Shown in pieces: positions 1 to 6,964 of a stretch of 64,000 bases of DNA (position 1 is its first letter; each line of letters starts with the position of its first letter). The notes below the pieces were generated by a model, which was given only the letters and a program-made list of their open reading frames with translations, was not told where the DNA came from and did not search any database. The stretch comes from a virus (Duplodnaviria; Caudoviricetes): IMG/VR virus record IMGVR_UViG_3300002307_000018, positions 1-64,000 of that record. The stretch is one strand, 5' to 3'. Position numbers and translations under genes: made by a program.

Positions 1-565
1 CTTTTAACATCTTTGTACCTTGAAGGGCACTTCCTCCAAATAAAGCAAGTTCTTTGCTGCGTTGTTGAAGTACGTCAGCAGCTCCGGTAATTGACATGCC
101 CATTTCACGAGCAGTTAACTTCAGTGCGTCAAATGACTCGACAACACCACTATCGCTCAGTTTTTCAAACGAACTGTACACCTTATCGTATGTTTGAATC
201 ATCATGTTGGCAACTTCGCCAGCGCCTTTTGTCAAGCCTTCAAGAGCACCACCGACAAACGGTATCTTGCCAAGCAGACCACCCAGTGCTTTTGTTGTCA
301 TGCTGACCACATCTTCTAAGGGCTGGAAGCTTCCATTTCCGTTTTGTAGTGTCTTGGCAAATCCAAGAACACTCTTTGTTGCATTTTGAATTGAATCTGC
401 TAGCTCTTTCTGAGCCTTTGTCATTGCCTTGGTTTGAGCTGTCTCTGCACGATATTCGTCGCTGAGAAGACCAGTTGTTTTTATTTCCTGTCCAACTGCG
501 CCTGACAATGCACCCAATTGTCTATTGAGATCGGATATCAGCGAAGATGTTTCATTATCGGCCAT
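1..565 (-). CDS. Tape-measure-like protein, paralogue of 577..3234 (partial, runs off the window start)
   Basis: ATG at 565, frame open to position 1. Translation MADNETSSLISDL...KIPFVGGALEGLTKGAGEVANMMIQTYDKVYSSFEKLSDSGVV aligns with MIPYVGGALDGIAKGAGEVAKFMVTTFAKAYGNFEKLSDTGIV of the upstream gene. Absent from the ORF track because there is no stop in the window. Confidence 0.8.
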   Translation of the reverse strand, partial: MADNETSSLISDLNRQLGALSGAVGQEIKTTGLLSDEYRAETAQTKAMTKAQKELADSIQNATKSVLGFAKTLQNGNGSFQPLEDVVSMTTKALGGLLGKIPFVGGALEGLTKGAGEVANMMIQTYDKVYSSFEKLSDSGVVESFDALKLTAREMGMSITGAADVLQQRSKELALFGGSALQGTKMLK

Positions 566-576
566 TATTTTTTCCT

Positions 577-3234
577 TTATATATTAACTGTTGCTCTAGT
601 ATCTCTGGTCTGTTGTTGAGTAATATCAATAGCTTTGTCAAGTCTACTACTCACGAGTTTAGCAATTTTTAGATGATTTGCCGTAGAACTCGTTTGTTGT
701 GCAACCGCGGAAGCTTCTGATCCAGAATTTGCAGGAATTACCATAGCAGTTCCGGCCAGCGCCGCTGTGTATCCAGTTGAAGACCCACTGACTTGAACCG
801 CTCCTGAAGTTCCTAAGTTTGCTCCTACTGGTGTAGCAGAGGGCGCAGCGGCAACAGACGAAGCTGTCGATGCTGTCGGAATTGCATTTTTTTGTTGTCT
901 GATTATTTGAGAAACCAAATTAGCATAGTCCGGACCAGTTGCATATTGTCTTGCTATCATTGAGATAGCTTCTTCGGGAGACTTAGCAGTAGAATATTTT
1001 GGAGACCAACGTCTAACGTGTTCTGAGATTGCCTCAAGAGAACTAGAATAATCTTTAAATTTTTGATCCATCATTACCGAGCGACCGTTAACAACTTCTC
1101 TCGTTGAGACTACAGTACCCGGCTCTTGTGAACCTGCTTTTTGTCCAAACGGGTTATTTTTACCAGACATGTGTTTGCCCCATCCGGACTCTACTGCCCA
1201 TTGCGATGCTGTCACCTCTGGATATTTGTCTCCCGCCGCTTTTGCTAAAGCATATACTTGTAACCAACCCTCTGGTCCTGTTCCGACAGTTGTGGGCAAT
1301 GGCCCGGATGCACCCGTTGTCGCAGAAGATGCAGTGGTACTTTGCGACGCCTCAGATGATCCTGGCGTTCCTGGAGTTCCGGATGTGCCCGTAGTACCAC
1401 TAGTAGGAGTTCCACTTGATGTGCCACTAGTAGGAGTTCCACTTGATGTGCCACTAGTAGGAGTTCCACTTGATGTTCCACTAGTAGGAGTTCCACTTGA
1501 TGTTCCACTAGTAGAAGCAGCACTAGATGACTTGGGATCTAGTTCTTTCTTTTCTGCTAATACTCTACGAGTGTTTAGATCAATTAGTTCTTTTTGAGCT
1601 ACAACAAGTTGTTCTTTAAGAGTTCCCGAAAATAAACCTACATGATTAGCCCATATGGTGTTCAATTGATCCTTGATTTTGAACGCTTCTTCTGAATTCT
1701 GATCAACCGTTTTTAATTTTGCTTCAAGTTCTAACTGCTTGTTCAAGTCTCGACGCATCAAATTGACTTCAGTTTGCTTTTTGTTTTCTTCACGTTGTAG
1801 CTTGATGTATTCCGGAACTTCATCTCCTAAAAATTTGTACAACTCTTCAGTAACGGTATTGATTCCATCTGCCATACCATTCATAATTTTTGTCATTGTT
1901 TCACTACTAGTAGCAAGTGCATCAATGTTACGAGTAGTTCCGTACATAGAGCGACGTGTTTTAGCCGCCGCATCATTTGCATCATCAGTCGAATCAATGA
2001 CTTTTTGACGATCTTTTGCTATATCATTTTGTTGCCCTGTGTAGCGTTTTAATTGTCGTATTGCCGCCATTCGTCCTTCAACTACAAATCTTGTTTGTGC
2101 TGATGCACTTCCAACTGCACTGGTCATTAGGGTTTGTGATTCTGAGTATTTTCCTAATGCAGTGTCTATCATATTGGTCGCTTCTTCTGGAGTATATTTT
2201 CCTTTTTTAATGTCCTCAAAGAATTGATTGTTAAGTCCTCCCATGCTCAATGCTAATCTTAGATTGCTTGCATCATCTGAATATCCAATACCATTTGTAG
2301 AAATAAGCTCTAACAACGAGTCACCGATTTCCGGAGCAAGTTGAGTTCCCATTACTAGAACTTGATCGACTGTTTTTTTTATCTGCGCTGGTAGTTGAGT
2401 AATACCTGCAAGATATCTAGCGTTACCCATTCTAGAATTCAACTCTTCTTGAAGTTCTTTTCTTGTTTTACCAGTCAATTTAGCCAGATCATCCAGCTGT
2501 TCAATGTAAGATTTTGTGCCATCTACAATCTGTTTGTCGGATAGACTAAGAGTACGTCCAGCAAGTGTTTGCTGATTGATGTAGTTAAGCTGAAAATCAG
2601 AAAAATCCGCAGCAGAAATACCAATTTTTTGAAATTTTATAGATACATCTTTGCTGTCATTTGCTATTACTTGAAAACGTTTTGCTCCAGCAAGTGCGCT
2701 ACCTCCAAACCGAGCTATCTCTTTACTATACTGACCCATTATTTTAGTAGTATCAGCAAATGTTAGTCCGGTTGCGTCAGAGTTAAGTTTAAAATCATGA
2801 AATGTGGTGACGATCCCAGTGTCACTGAGTTTTTCAAAGTTTCCGTATGCTTTTGCAAACGTTGTGACCATGAACTTTGCAACTTCACCTGCACCTTTTG
2901 CGATTCCATCAAGAGCACCGCCCACATATGGGATCATACTCATCAAACCACCCATTACTTTGGTAGTTGCGTCGATGACTTTGTTCATGCTGCTGAAATC
3001 ATTTCCAGCATTGTTTCCCAGACCGGTGCCAAATGATACAAGCTTGACTGAAGCTAAGTGTATACTGTCAGCAAGTTGTTGTTGAGCAGCAGTTTGTTCT
3101 GTTACTCGTTGAGCCAGTGCTTTTTCTGCAGCCGATAACATGCCTTCTTGCTTGGCAGCATTGCCGGCACTTGCTTCTAAATCACGCAACAGTTGTGAAT
3201 TTAACGCTTCTTCGCCTAAATTTTTATCGGTCAT
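577..3234 (-). CDS. Tape measure protein with C-terminal GH73/FlgJ-like glucosaminidase (muramidase) domain
   Basis: Long Ala/Gln/Thr-rich helical N-terminus, then an S/T/G/P linker, then SQWAVESGWGK...NNPFGQKA...FKDY...YATGPDYA (about 895-1270), typical of GH73. Lies beside tail chaperone and baseplate genes. Confidence 0.75.
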   Translation of the reverse strand: MTDKNLGEEALNSQLLRDLEASAGNAAKQEGMLSAAEKALAQRVTEQTAAQQQLADSIHLASVKLVSFGTGLGNNAGNDFSSMNKVIDATTKVMGGLMSMIPYVGGALDGIAKGAGEVAKFMVTTFAKAYGNFEKLSDTGIVTTFHDFKLNSDATGLTFADTTKIMGQYSKEIARFGGSALAGAKRFQVIANDSKDVSIKFQKIGISAADFSDFQLNYINQQTLAGRTLSLSDKQIVDGTKSYIEQLDDLAKLTGKTRKELQEELNSRMGNARYLAGITQLPAQIKKTVDQVLVMGTQLAPEIGDSLLELISTNGIGYSDDASNLRLALSMGGLNNQFFEDIKKGKYTPEEATNMIDTALGKYSESQTLMTSAVGSASAQTRFVVEGRMAAIRQLKRYTGQQNDIAKDRQKVIDSTDDANDAAAKTRRSMYGTTRNIDALATSSETMTKIMNGMADGINTVTEELYKFLGDEVPEYIKLQREENKKQTEVNLMRRDLNKQLELEAKLKTVDQNSEEAFKIKDQLNTIWANHVGLFSGTLKEQLVVAQKELIDLNTRRVLAEKKELDPKSSSAASTSGTSSGTPTSGTSSGTPTSGTSSGTPTSGTSSGTPTSGTTGTSGTPGTPGSSEASQSTTASSATTGASGPLPTTVGTGPEGWLQVYALAKAAGDKYPEVTASQWAVESGWGKHMSGKNNPFGQKAGSQEPGTVVSTREVVNGRSVMMDQKFKDYSSSLEAISEHVRRWSPKYSTAKSPEEAISMIARQYATGPDYANLVSQIIRQQKNAIPTASTASSVAAAPSATPVGANLGTSGAVQVSGSSTGYTAALAGTAMVIPANSGSEASAVAQQTSSTANHLKIAKLVSSRLDKAIDITQQQTRDTRATVNI
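1397..1514 (-). repeat. 27-bp in-frame tandem repeat (about 4.4 units) encoding a TSSGTPTSG linker
   Basis: Unit ccactagtaggagttccacttgatgt(g/t) starts at 1397, 1424, 1451 and 1478, with a partial unit at 1505. Confidence 0.95.
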
Positions 3235-3244
3235 TTTATCTCAC

Positions 3245-3283
3245 TAAATAGTGAACTATAGACTAATCCACTTAATGTATTTA
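3245..3283. promoter_or_regulatory. Face-to-face pair of late-type TAAATA promoters
   Basis: TAAATA on + at 3245-3250 and on - at 3278-3283, between the divergent starts at 3234 and 3317. Resembles the T4 late promoter TATAAATA. Confidence 0.6.
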
Positions 3284-3316
3284 GTCTGTTATTTTTCGTG
3301 TTCAAAAGGAACAACA

Positions 3317-4144
3317 ATGTTAGCCAATAATCCACTCAAACAATATTTTCGTCGTCCAAGCATGTACTTCAAACTTCCCAGCGATGGAAAGTACTATGAA
3401 GCAGGCGTGGTCAACATTCCAGAGAATCGTGAACTGCCAGTATACCCTATGACTGCCATTGACGAAATGACAGTGCGTACACCTGACGGTCTGTTCAATG
3501 GTGCTGCTATCGTTGATCTGATCAAAAGCTGTGTTCCAAACATCTTGAATCCATGGAAGCTGAACAGTATTGATATGGATGCCGTGATCATTGCAGTCAA
3601 AGCTGCTAGCAGCGATGGTGTCATGGAGATTCATTCGATATGCCCTTCTTGCTCAGAGGATACCAAATATGACATTGACTTGCTGCCTATTTTATCCAGC
3701 ATCGTTGACGTAGACTACGAACAACCATTGCCAGTGCGTGAGTTGCTGATCAAGTTCAAGGCTCTGACGTACAAAGAGACTAATGACAACAGCTTGAAGC
3801 AGTTTGAGATTCAAAAAACACTGGCTGCAATCAGCAACGTAGAAGATGAAGAGCAAAAACGTACTATTATGGCAGAAAGTATTGGTAGATTAAACAAGTT
3901 AGTCATTGAAATCATTGCTCAGACCATTGACTATATTCAAACTCCAGAAACAAAAGTCAGTGACAAGACTTTTATCATTGACTTTTTGAACAACTGTGAC
4001 AAGAATACATCAAATTTGATCAAAGATCATAGCATTGCATTAAGAGAAAAGAACGAATTGAAACCCATTGACGTGACATGCCCTAATTGTCAACATAAGT
4101 ATGATCAAAGAATCATTATGAACGCTACCGATTTTTTCGAATAA
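3317..4144 (+). CDS. Baseplate hub / tail assembly chaperone (T4 gp26-like)
   Basis: NPLKQYFRRPSMYFKLPSDG N-terminus and two CxxC motifs (CPSC, CPNC). AGGA Shine-Dalgarno before ATG 3317 is preferred over the track start at 3251. Confidence 0.7.
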   Translation: MLANNPLKQYFRRPSMYFKLPSDGKYYEAGVVNIPENRELPVYPMTAIDEMTVRTPDGLFNGAAIVDLIKSCVPNILNPWKLNSIDMDAVIIAVKAASSDGVMEIHSICPSCSEDTKYDIDLLPILSSIVDVDYEQPLPVRELLIKFKALTYKETNDNSLKQFEIQKTLAAISNVEDEEQKRTIMAESIGRLNKLVIEIIAQTIDYIQTPETKVSDKTFIIDFLNNCDKNTSNLIKDHSIALREKNELKPIDVTCPNCQHKYDQRIIMNATDFFE

Positions 4145-4180
4145 GGCTTCTTAGTCTTGATCATGACGAGATCAAGAAGC
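4132..4180 (+). other. Candidate programmed -1 ribosomal frameshift signal
   Basis: Slippery heptamer T TTT TTC (4132-4138) one codon before the stop. Stem gcttctt (4146-4152)/aagaagc (4174-4180) begins 7 nt downstream; alternative hairpin cttgatc/gatcaag at 4156-4176. Confidence 0.6.
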
Positions 4181-4368
4181 TGACAGATGATATGGAAAAA
4201 GAACGCATGAGCATACCGATCAATGCCATTAAGTTATCTTGGTATATGAGAGGTGGTGTTACCTATGACGACATCATGAACATGAGTCATAAAGAAATCG
4301 ATGCAATCAATAAACTAATTGACGAGAACTTGGAAACTACTAAGAAATCAAAATTACCATTCTTCTAA
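4138..4368 (+). CDS. -1-frame extension of the chaperone (gp51-like; internal ATG at 4192)
   Basis: Open frame RIRLLSLDHDEIKKLTDDMEKERMSIPINAIKLSWYMRGGVTYDDIMNMSHKEIDAINKLIDENLETTKKSKLPFF*. No clear SD before ATG 4192. Confidence 0.7.
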   Translation, partial: RIRLLSLDHDEIKKLTDDMEKERMSIPINAIKLSWYMRGGVTYDDIMNMSHKEIDAINKLIDENLETTKKSKLPFF

Positions 4369-4960
4369 GAGGAATGAACTCCGTTCATTCGCCTGACACC
4401 TAACGGTGATCAGGCATTTTTCTATGTCGGCTTGAAATATTAGATGAGAAAACTGTCTCTGGTCACCTAGTGAGCGCAGCGAACTGTGACAGAGACCGGT
4501 TATTGAGCGAAGCGAGATAACCTGTTTATATCTAACTAAATATGAACTAGTACTGATAGATATTGAAGTGAGTAACAAACATAGCTTTAACTTACAGAGT
4601 AAAAATTCTGCAAGCCAGCTTATGTTCTCATGGGAACTGCCCTTGATAGTATATCGACCTGCCACTGCTAATCTAATAGCTGTAAAGGTTGTTTATCACG
4701 TTCGGTTTTTCAATTCCATCCAGAATCAATAGTGGTAGGTACTCACTATCCGATAGTGCTCTTTACATGGGGTAAGATAATTTTAGGGTGTTTATCACAT
4801 TAACCCGGTTAACACTCAGCGCAATAATGTACTCACGCTAATATAACCATCTTACCTGTCGTTTATTCCGTAGACTAAGGGTATGTCGATCTGCTTTGAT
4901 ACAAGCAGACTTCTCTTTCGAGAATCAGAGGGCTAAGTCATGGCCCCTGGTTTGTTACGT
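4369..4960. ncRNA. Candidate large structured non-coding element (RNA on - strand, or ssDNA hairpin array/origin)
   Basis: About 600 nt with no credible ORF. Many hairpins and two long-range 7-8 bp helices (see findings). Confidence 0.4.
4391..4421 (+). terminator. Probable intrinsic terminator
   Basis: gcctga-cacc-taac-ggtg-a-tcaggc stem followed by attttt, just downstream of the stop at 4368. Confidence 0.55.
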
Positions 4961-4968
4961 TTTACTTC

Positions 4969-5157
4969 TTACTTCTTTTCGATAATTTGCACAGAACCGT
5001 CGAGCTTAATGACTCGAATGGTTTTGGGTTTTGTTGGATCAGGACCAAGCTGAGTGGATTTAATCCAGTTCTTCTTGTCTTCCTGCAGTTTCTCATTACG
5101 CTTTCTAAGCGCAGAGTACTTTTTCCAACGAGCAATATCTTTTCTGTTACAGTGCAT
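4969..5157 (-). CDS. Small basic hypothetical protein (62 aa)
   Basis: Lys/Arg-rich ORF co-oriented with the resolvase operon; no recognised motif. Confidence 0.5.
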   Translation of the reverse strand: MHCNRKDIARWKKYSALRKRNEKLQEDKKNWIKSTQLGPDPTKPKTIRVIKLDGSVQIIEKK

Positions 5158-5187
5158 ATGTGTATTTTAAATGTATCAACGAGAGTT

Positions 5188-5760
5188 TTATGTGAGATGT
5201 GTTATAAGATGTAGTGCTTCCTTCGACGGTTCGCACGGTTGAGTAATATTTTGATTTGAGGAAAGTTGTTTGACCTTTTCTTTGTTGTGAGCAAAGAACG
5301 ATTCAAGTGTGCAGATCATCCAAACTCCGTAGTCCTTGGTGTCATACACTGAAAAGTTATGACCTCCAAACCACTTATGCTTGGCTTGAACAGCAACATA
5401 CCGACCTTTACGATTGAACTTCATCATTAAGATGTTGAGATCGTCAGGATCAGATGCTACCATCAGTTGTTCAATCCACGATTCTAATTGCTTAGACTCG
5501 TCGAACAACTGGTGGAACTGAAAGTCCGCGTAAAACTTACACTCAGCGTTGAACAGTGGGAAACTTTGTCCGGGAATAATGTCCCCTTTGAAGTTTCTGA
5601 TTTGTCCCTCGTGAAGTATCTGCTTACGATGAGCATTCGTGCCACCTGTATAGGCGCCGGAACCGGGTGCTCTCATGAAGTTCTCGCCGTACAGATCACT
5701 CAAGTACTTTGAAACTTCACGTTCAAACCCACTACCTTTGTTTTTGCTTTTTGATGACAT
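5188..5760 (-). CDS. Holliday junction resolvase, PD-(D/E)XK (Hjc-like)
   Basis: KNKGSGFEREV...RAPGSG...GDI...AECK. Start at 5760 is preceded by TAAGTA-N5. Confidence 0.8.
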   Translation of the reverse strand: MSSKSKNKGSGFEREVSKYLSDLYGENFMRAPGSGAYTGGTNAHRKQILHEGQIRNFKGDIIPGQSFPLFNAECKFYADFQFHQLFDESKQLESWIEQLMVASDPDDLNILMMKFNRKGRYVAVQAKHKWFGGHNFSVYDTKDYGVWMICTLESFFAHNKEKVKQLSSNQNITQPCEPSKEALHLITHLT

Positions 5761-5800
5761 GCTATTACTTATCTCTCTTTTCAATATTCTAAAAATTTTA

Positions 5801-6019
5801 TTAGATCCAACGCAATGCAAACATAGTGGCATACTCTTCACGAGCAAAGTACCACCAAAATCCACGAGTGTGTCCCGAATACAGGTACATCCACGGCCGG
5901 TCCTCATCTACTGAATCTCTGTACAATGCTTCGGGCCCAAAATGTTTAATGCACCATTCAATACGCTCTTCAAGTCCCCCGTGTGGCATATCTTCCGTGT
6001 GTATCTCTGCTGCTATCAT
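5801..6019 (-). CDS. Small paralogue, C-terminal xxMFALRW family
   Basis: Ends WYFAREEYATMFALRWI; start overlaps the upstream stop (ATGA). Confidence 0.75.
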   Translation of the reverse strand: MIAAEIHTEDMPHGGLEERIEWCIKHFGPEALYRDSVDEDRPWMYLYSGHTRGFWWYFAREEYATMFALRWI

Positions 6020-6330
6020 CCAAACCTCAATGCAAGCATAGTAAATAGTTCGTTTTTGATAACGTATCTAAGATACGGGTATGATCTATTCAATGGATAC
6101 GCTGGTTTAACAGGCGAGTCAATGGGTTTCCATTGATCAATCGGATACTGCTCAATCCAAGTGCATACCTTAAGTTTGGTATCAACCACGCAATATCCTT
6201 TGGGAACATCGTAGTCTGTATCATTTGAATCAATCAGTTTAAAATCGGGTTCAGGGCGCATAGGAAGAACAATCTCTGAAAAATCAATCTCACTCACAGT
6301 CACTCCTGGGTTCAAGCGAATCTTTGTCAT
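6016..6330 (-). CDS. Small paralogue, MLALRF family
   Basis: Ends RYVIKNELFTMLALRFG. Confidence 0.75.
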   Translation of the reverse strand: MTKIRLNPGVTVSEIDFSEIVLPMRPEPDFKLIDSNDTDYDVPKGYCVVDTKLKVCTWIEQYPIDQWKPIDSPVKPAYPLNRSYPYLRYVIKNELFTMLALRFG

Positions 6331-6365
6331 TATCCAAACCTCAATGCAAGCATAGTAAATAGTTC
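6018..6365. repeat. 34-bp perfect direct repeat (6018-6051 and 6332-6365)
   Basis: atccaaacctcaatgcaagcatagtaaatagttc occurs twice and encodes ELFTMLALRFG on the - strand. Confidence 0.95.
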
Positions 6366-6683
6366 TTCAGTGATAATGTATCTAGGTTCTCTATGACTCT
6401 CAACTGCAATCCATTGACCAACAGGATTTGTTATTATCCAATCGGCAACAGTATAGCTCACATCAATCAAGCACCAACCATCTTGAGTGAAATTGTCATC
6501 ATCAACAAGTTCAAACTCGCGCATCTTAACGGCATCAGGATAGCGTACGCGCAGTGTATGAATCTTACCAGTAGGCCCAGTCATAGGCTGTACGCTGCAG
6601 ATATCATTCGCTATAATATTGGGTGTTACTTTTCTTATCAAGTTTGACAATGCTTGTATGTGAATGTTAAAATTGTCGCTCAT
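6330..6683 (-). CDS. Small paralogue with an N-terminal major-capsid (Gol-like) segment
   Basis: ALSNLIRKVTPNIIANDICSVQPMTGPTGKIHTLRVRY fused to a domain ending ELFTMLALRFG. ATG 6683 overlaps the upstream TGA. Confidence 0.75.
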   Translation of the reverse strand: MSDNFNIHIQALSNLIRKVTPNIIANDICSVQPMTGPTGKIHTLRVRYPDAVKMREFELVDDDNFTQDGWCLIDVSYTVADWIITNPVGQWIAVESHREPRYIITEELFTMLALRFG

Positions 6684-6964
6684 AGCCAACTCAGTGCAAA
6701 CAAGACTGCCTTTTCTTCATCTTCGATATCAACGTAGATACCATACTTGCAATCTGTCGAGCTACCGTCATTAAGTCTGTACATTATTTCCCATCCATCA
6801 CCCTGTGCTTGAGTATACATTTTATCATCTCCAACGTGTCTTTTCATTTTGTTCCAATCATCTCCGTGAAAATGTGCAGAGTCAGATGGCCCAATGTGTT
6901 CGATCATCCATATGATCATACTTACTTGTACACGCCCGTGATCGCTAACGTGCAATCGTGTCAT
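6680..6964 (-). CDS. Small paralogue, LFALSW family
   Basis: Ends IEDEEKAVLFALSWL; ATGA overlap with the gp46 stop. Confidence 0.7.
   Translation of the reverse strand: MTRLHVSDHGRVQVSMIIWMIEHIGPSDSAHFHGDDWNKMKRHVGDDKMYTQAQGDGWEIMYRLNDGSSTDCKYGIYVDIEDEEKAVLFALSWL

Noticed and set aside
1397-1514. 27-bp repeats as a CRISPR array
   Set aside because: Units are contiguous with no spacers, in frame within a CDS, and no cas genes are present.
4354-4665. 103-aa minus-strand ORF in the structured gap
   Set aside because: No start signal or motif, low-information sequence, and it overlaps hairpins and the terminator.
4691-4799. DnaA boxes
   Set aside because: GTTTATCAC does not match the 9-mer TTWTNCACA; kept only as an unexplained direct repeat.
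5761-5907. Extended 5' starts in the ORF track (also 3251, 10750, 42953, 51559, 58374, 63413)
   Set aside because: Downstream ATGs have an SD, a stop-start overlap or exact promoter spacing, and the extensions overlap neighbouring genes or promoters.
6018-6365. 34-bp repeat as a DGR template/variable pair or att sites
   Set aside because: Copies are identical (no adenine-specific differences), there is no reverse transcriptase or integrase nearby, and both encode the same C-terminal peptide of paralogues.
6330-6683. A major capsid protein gene or its pseudogene
   Set aside because: Only about 38 aa are capsid-like, fused in frame to an unrelated intact small-protein domain, with no other capsid remnants nearby.
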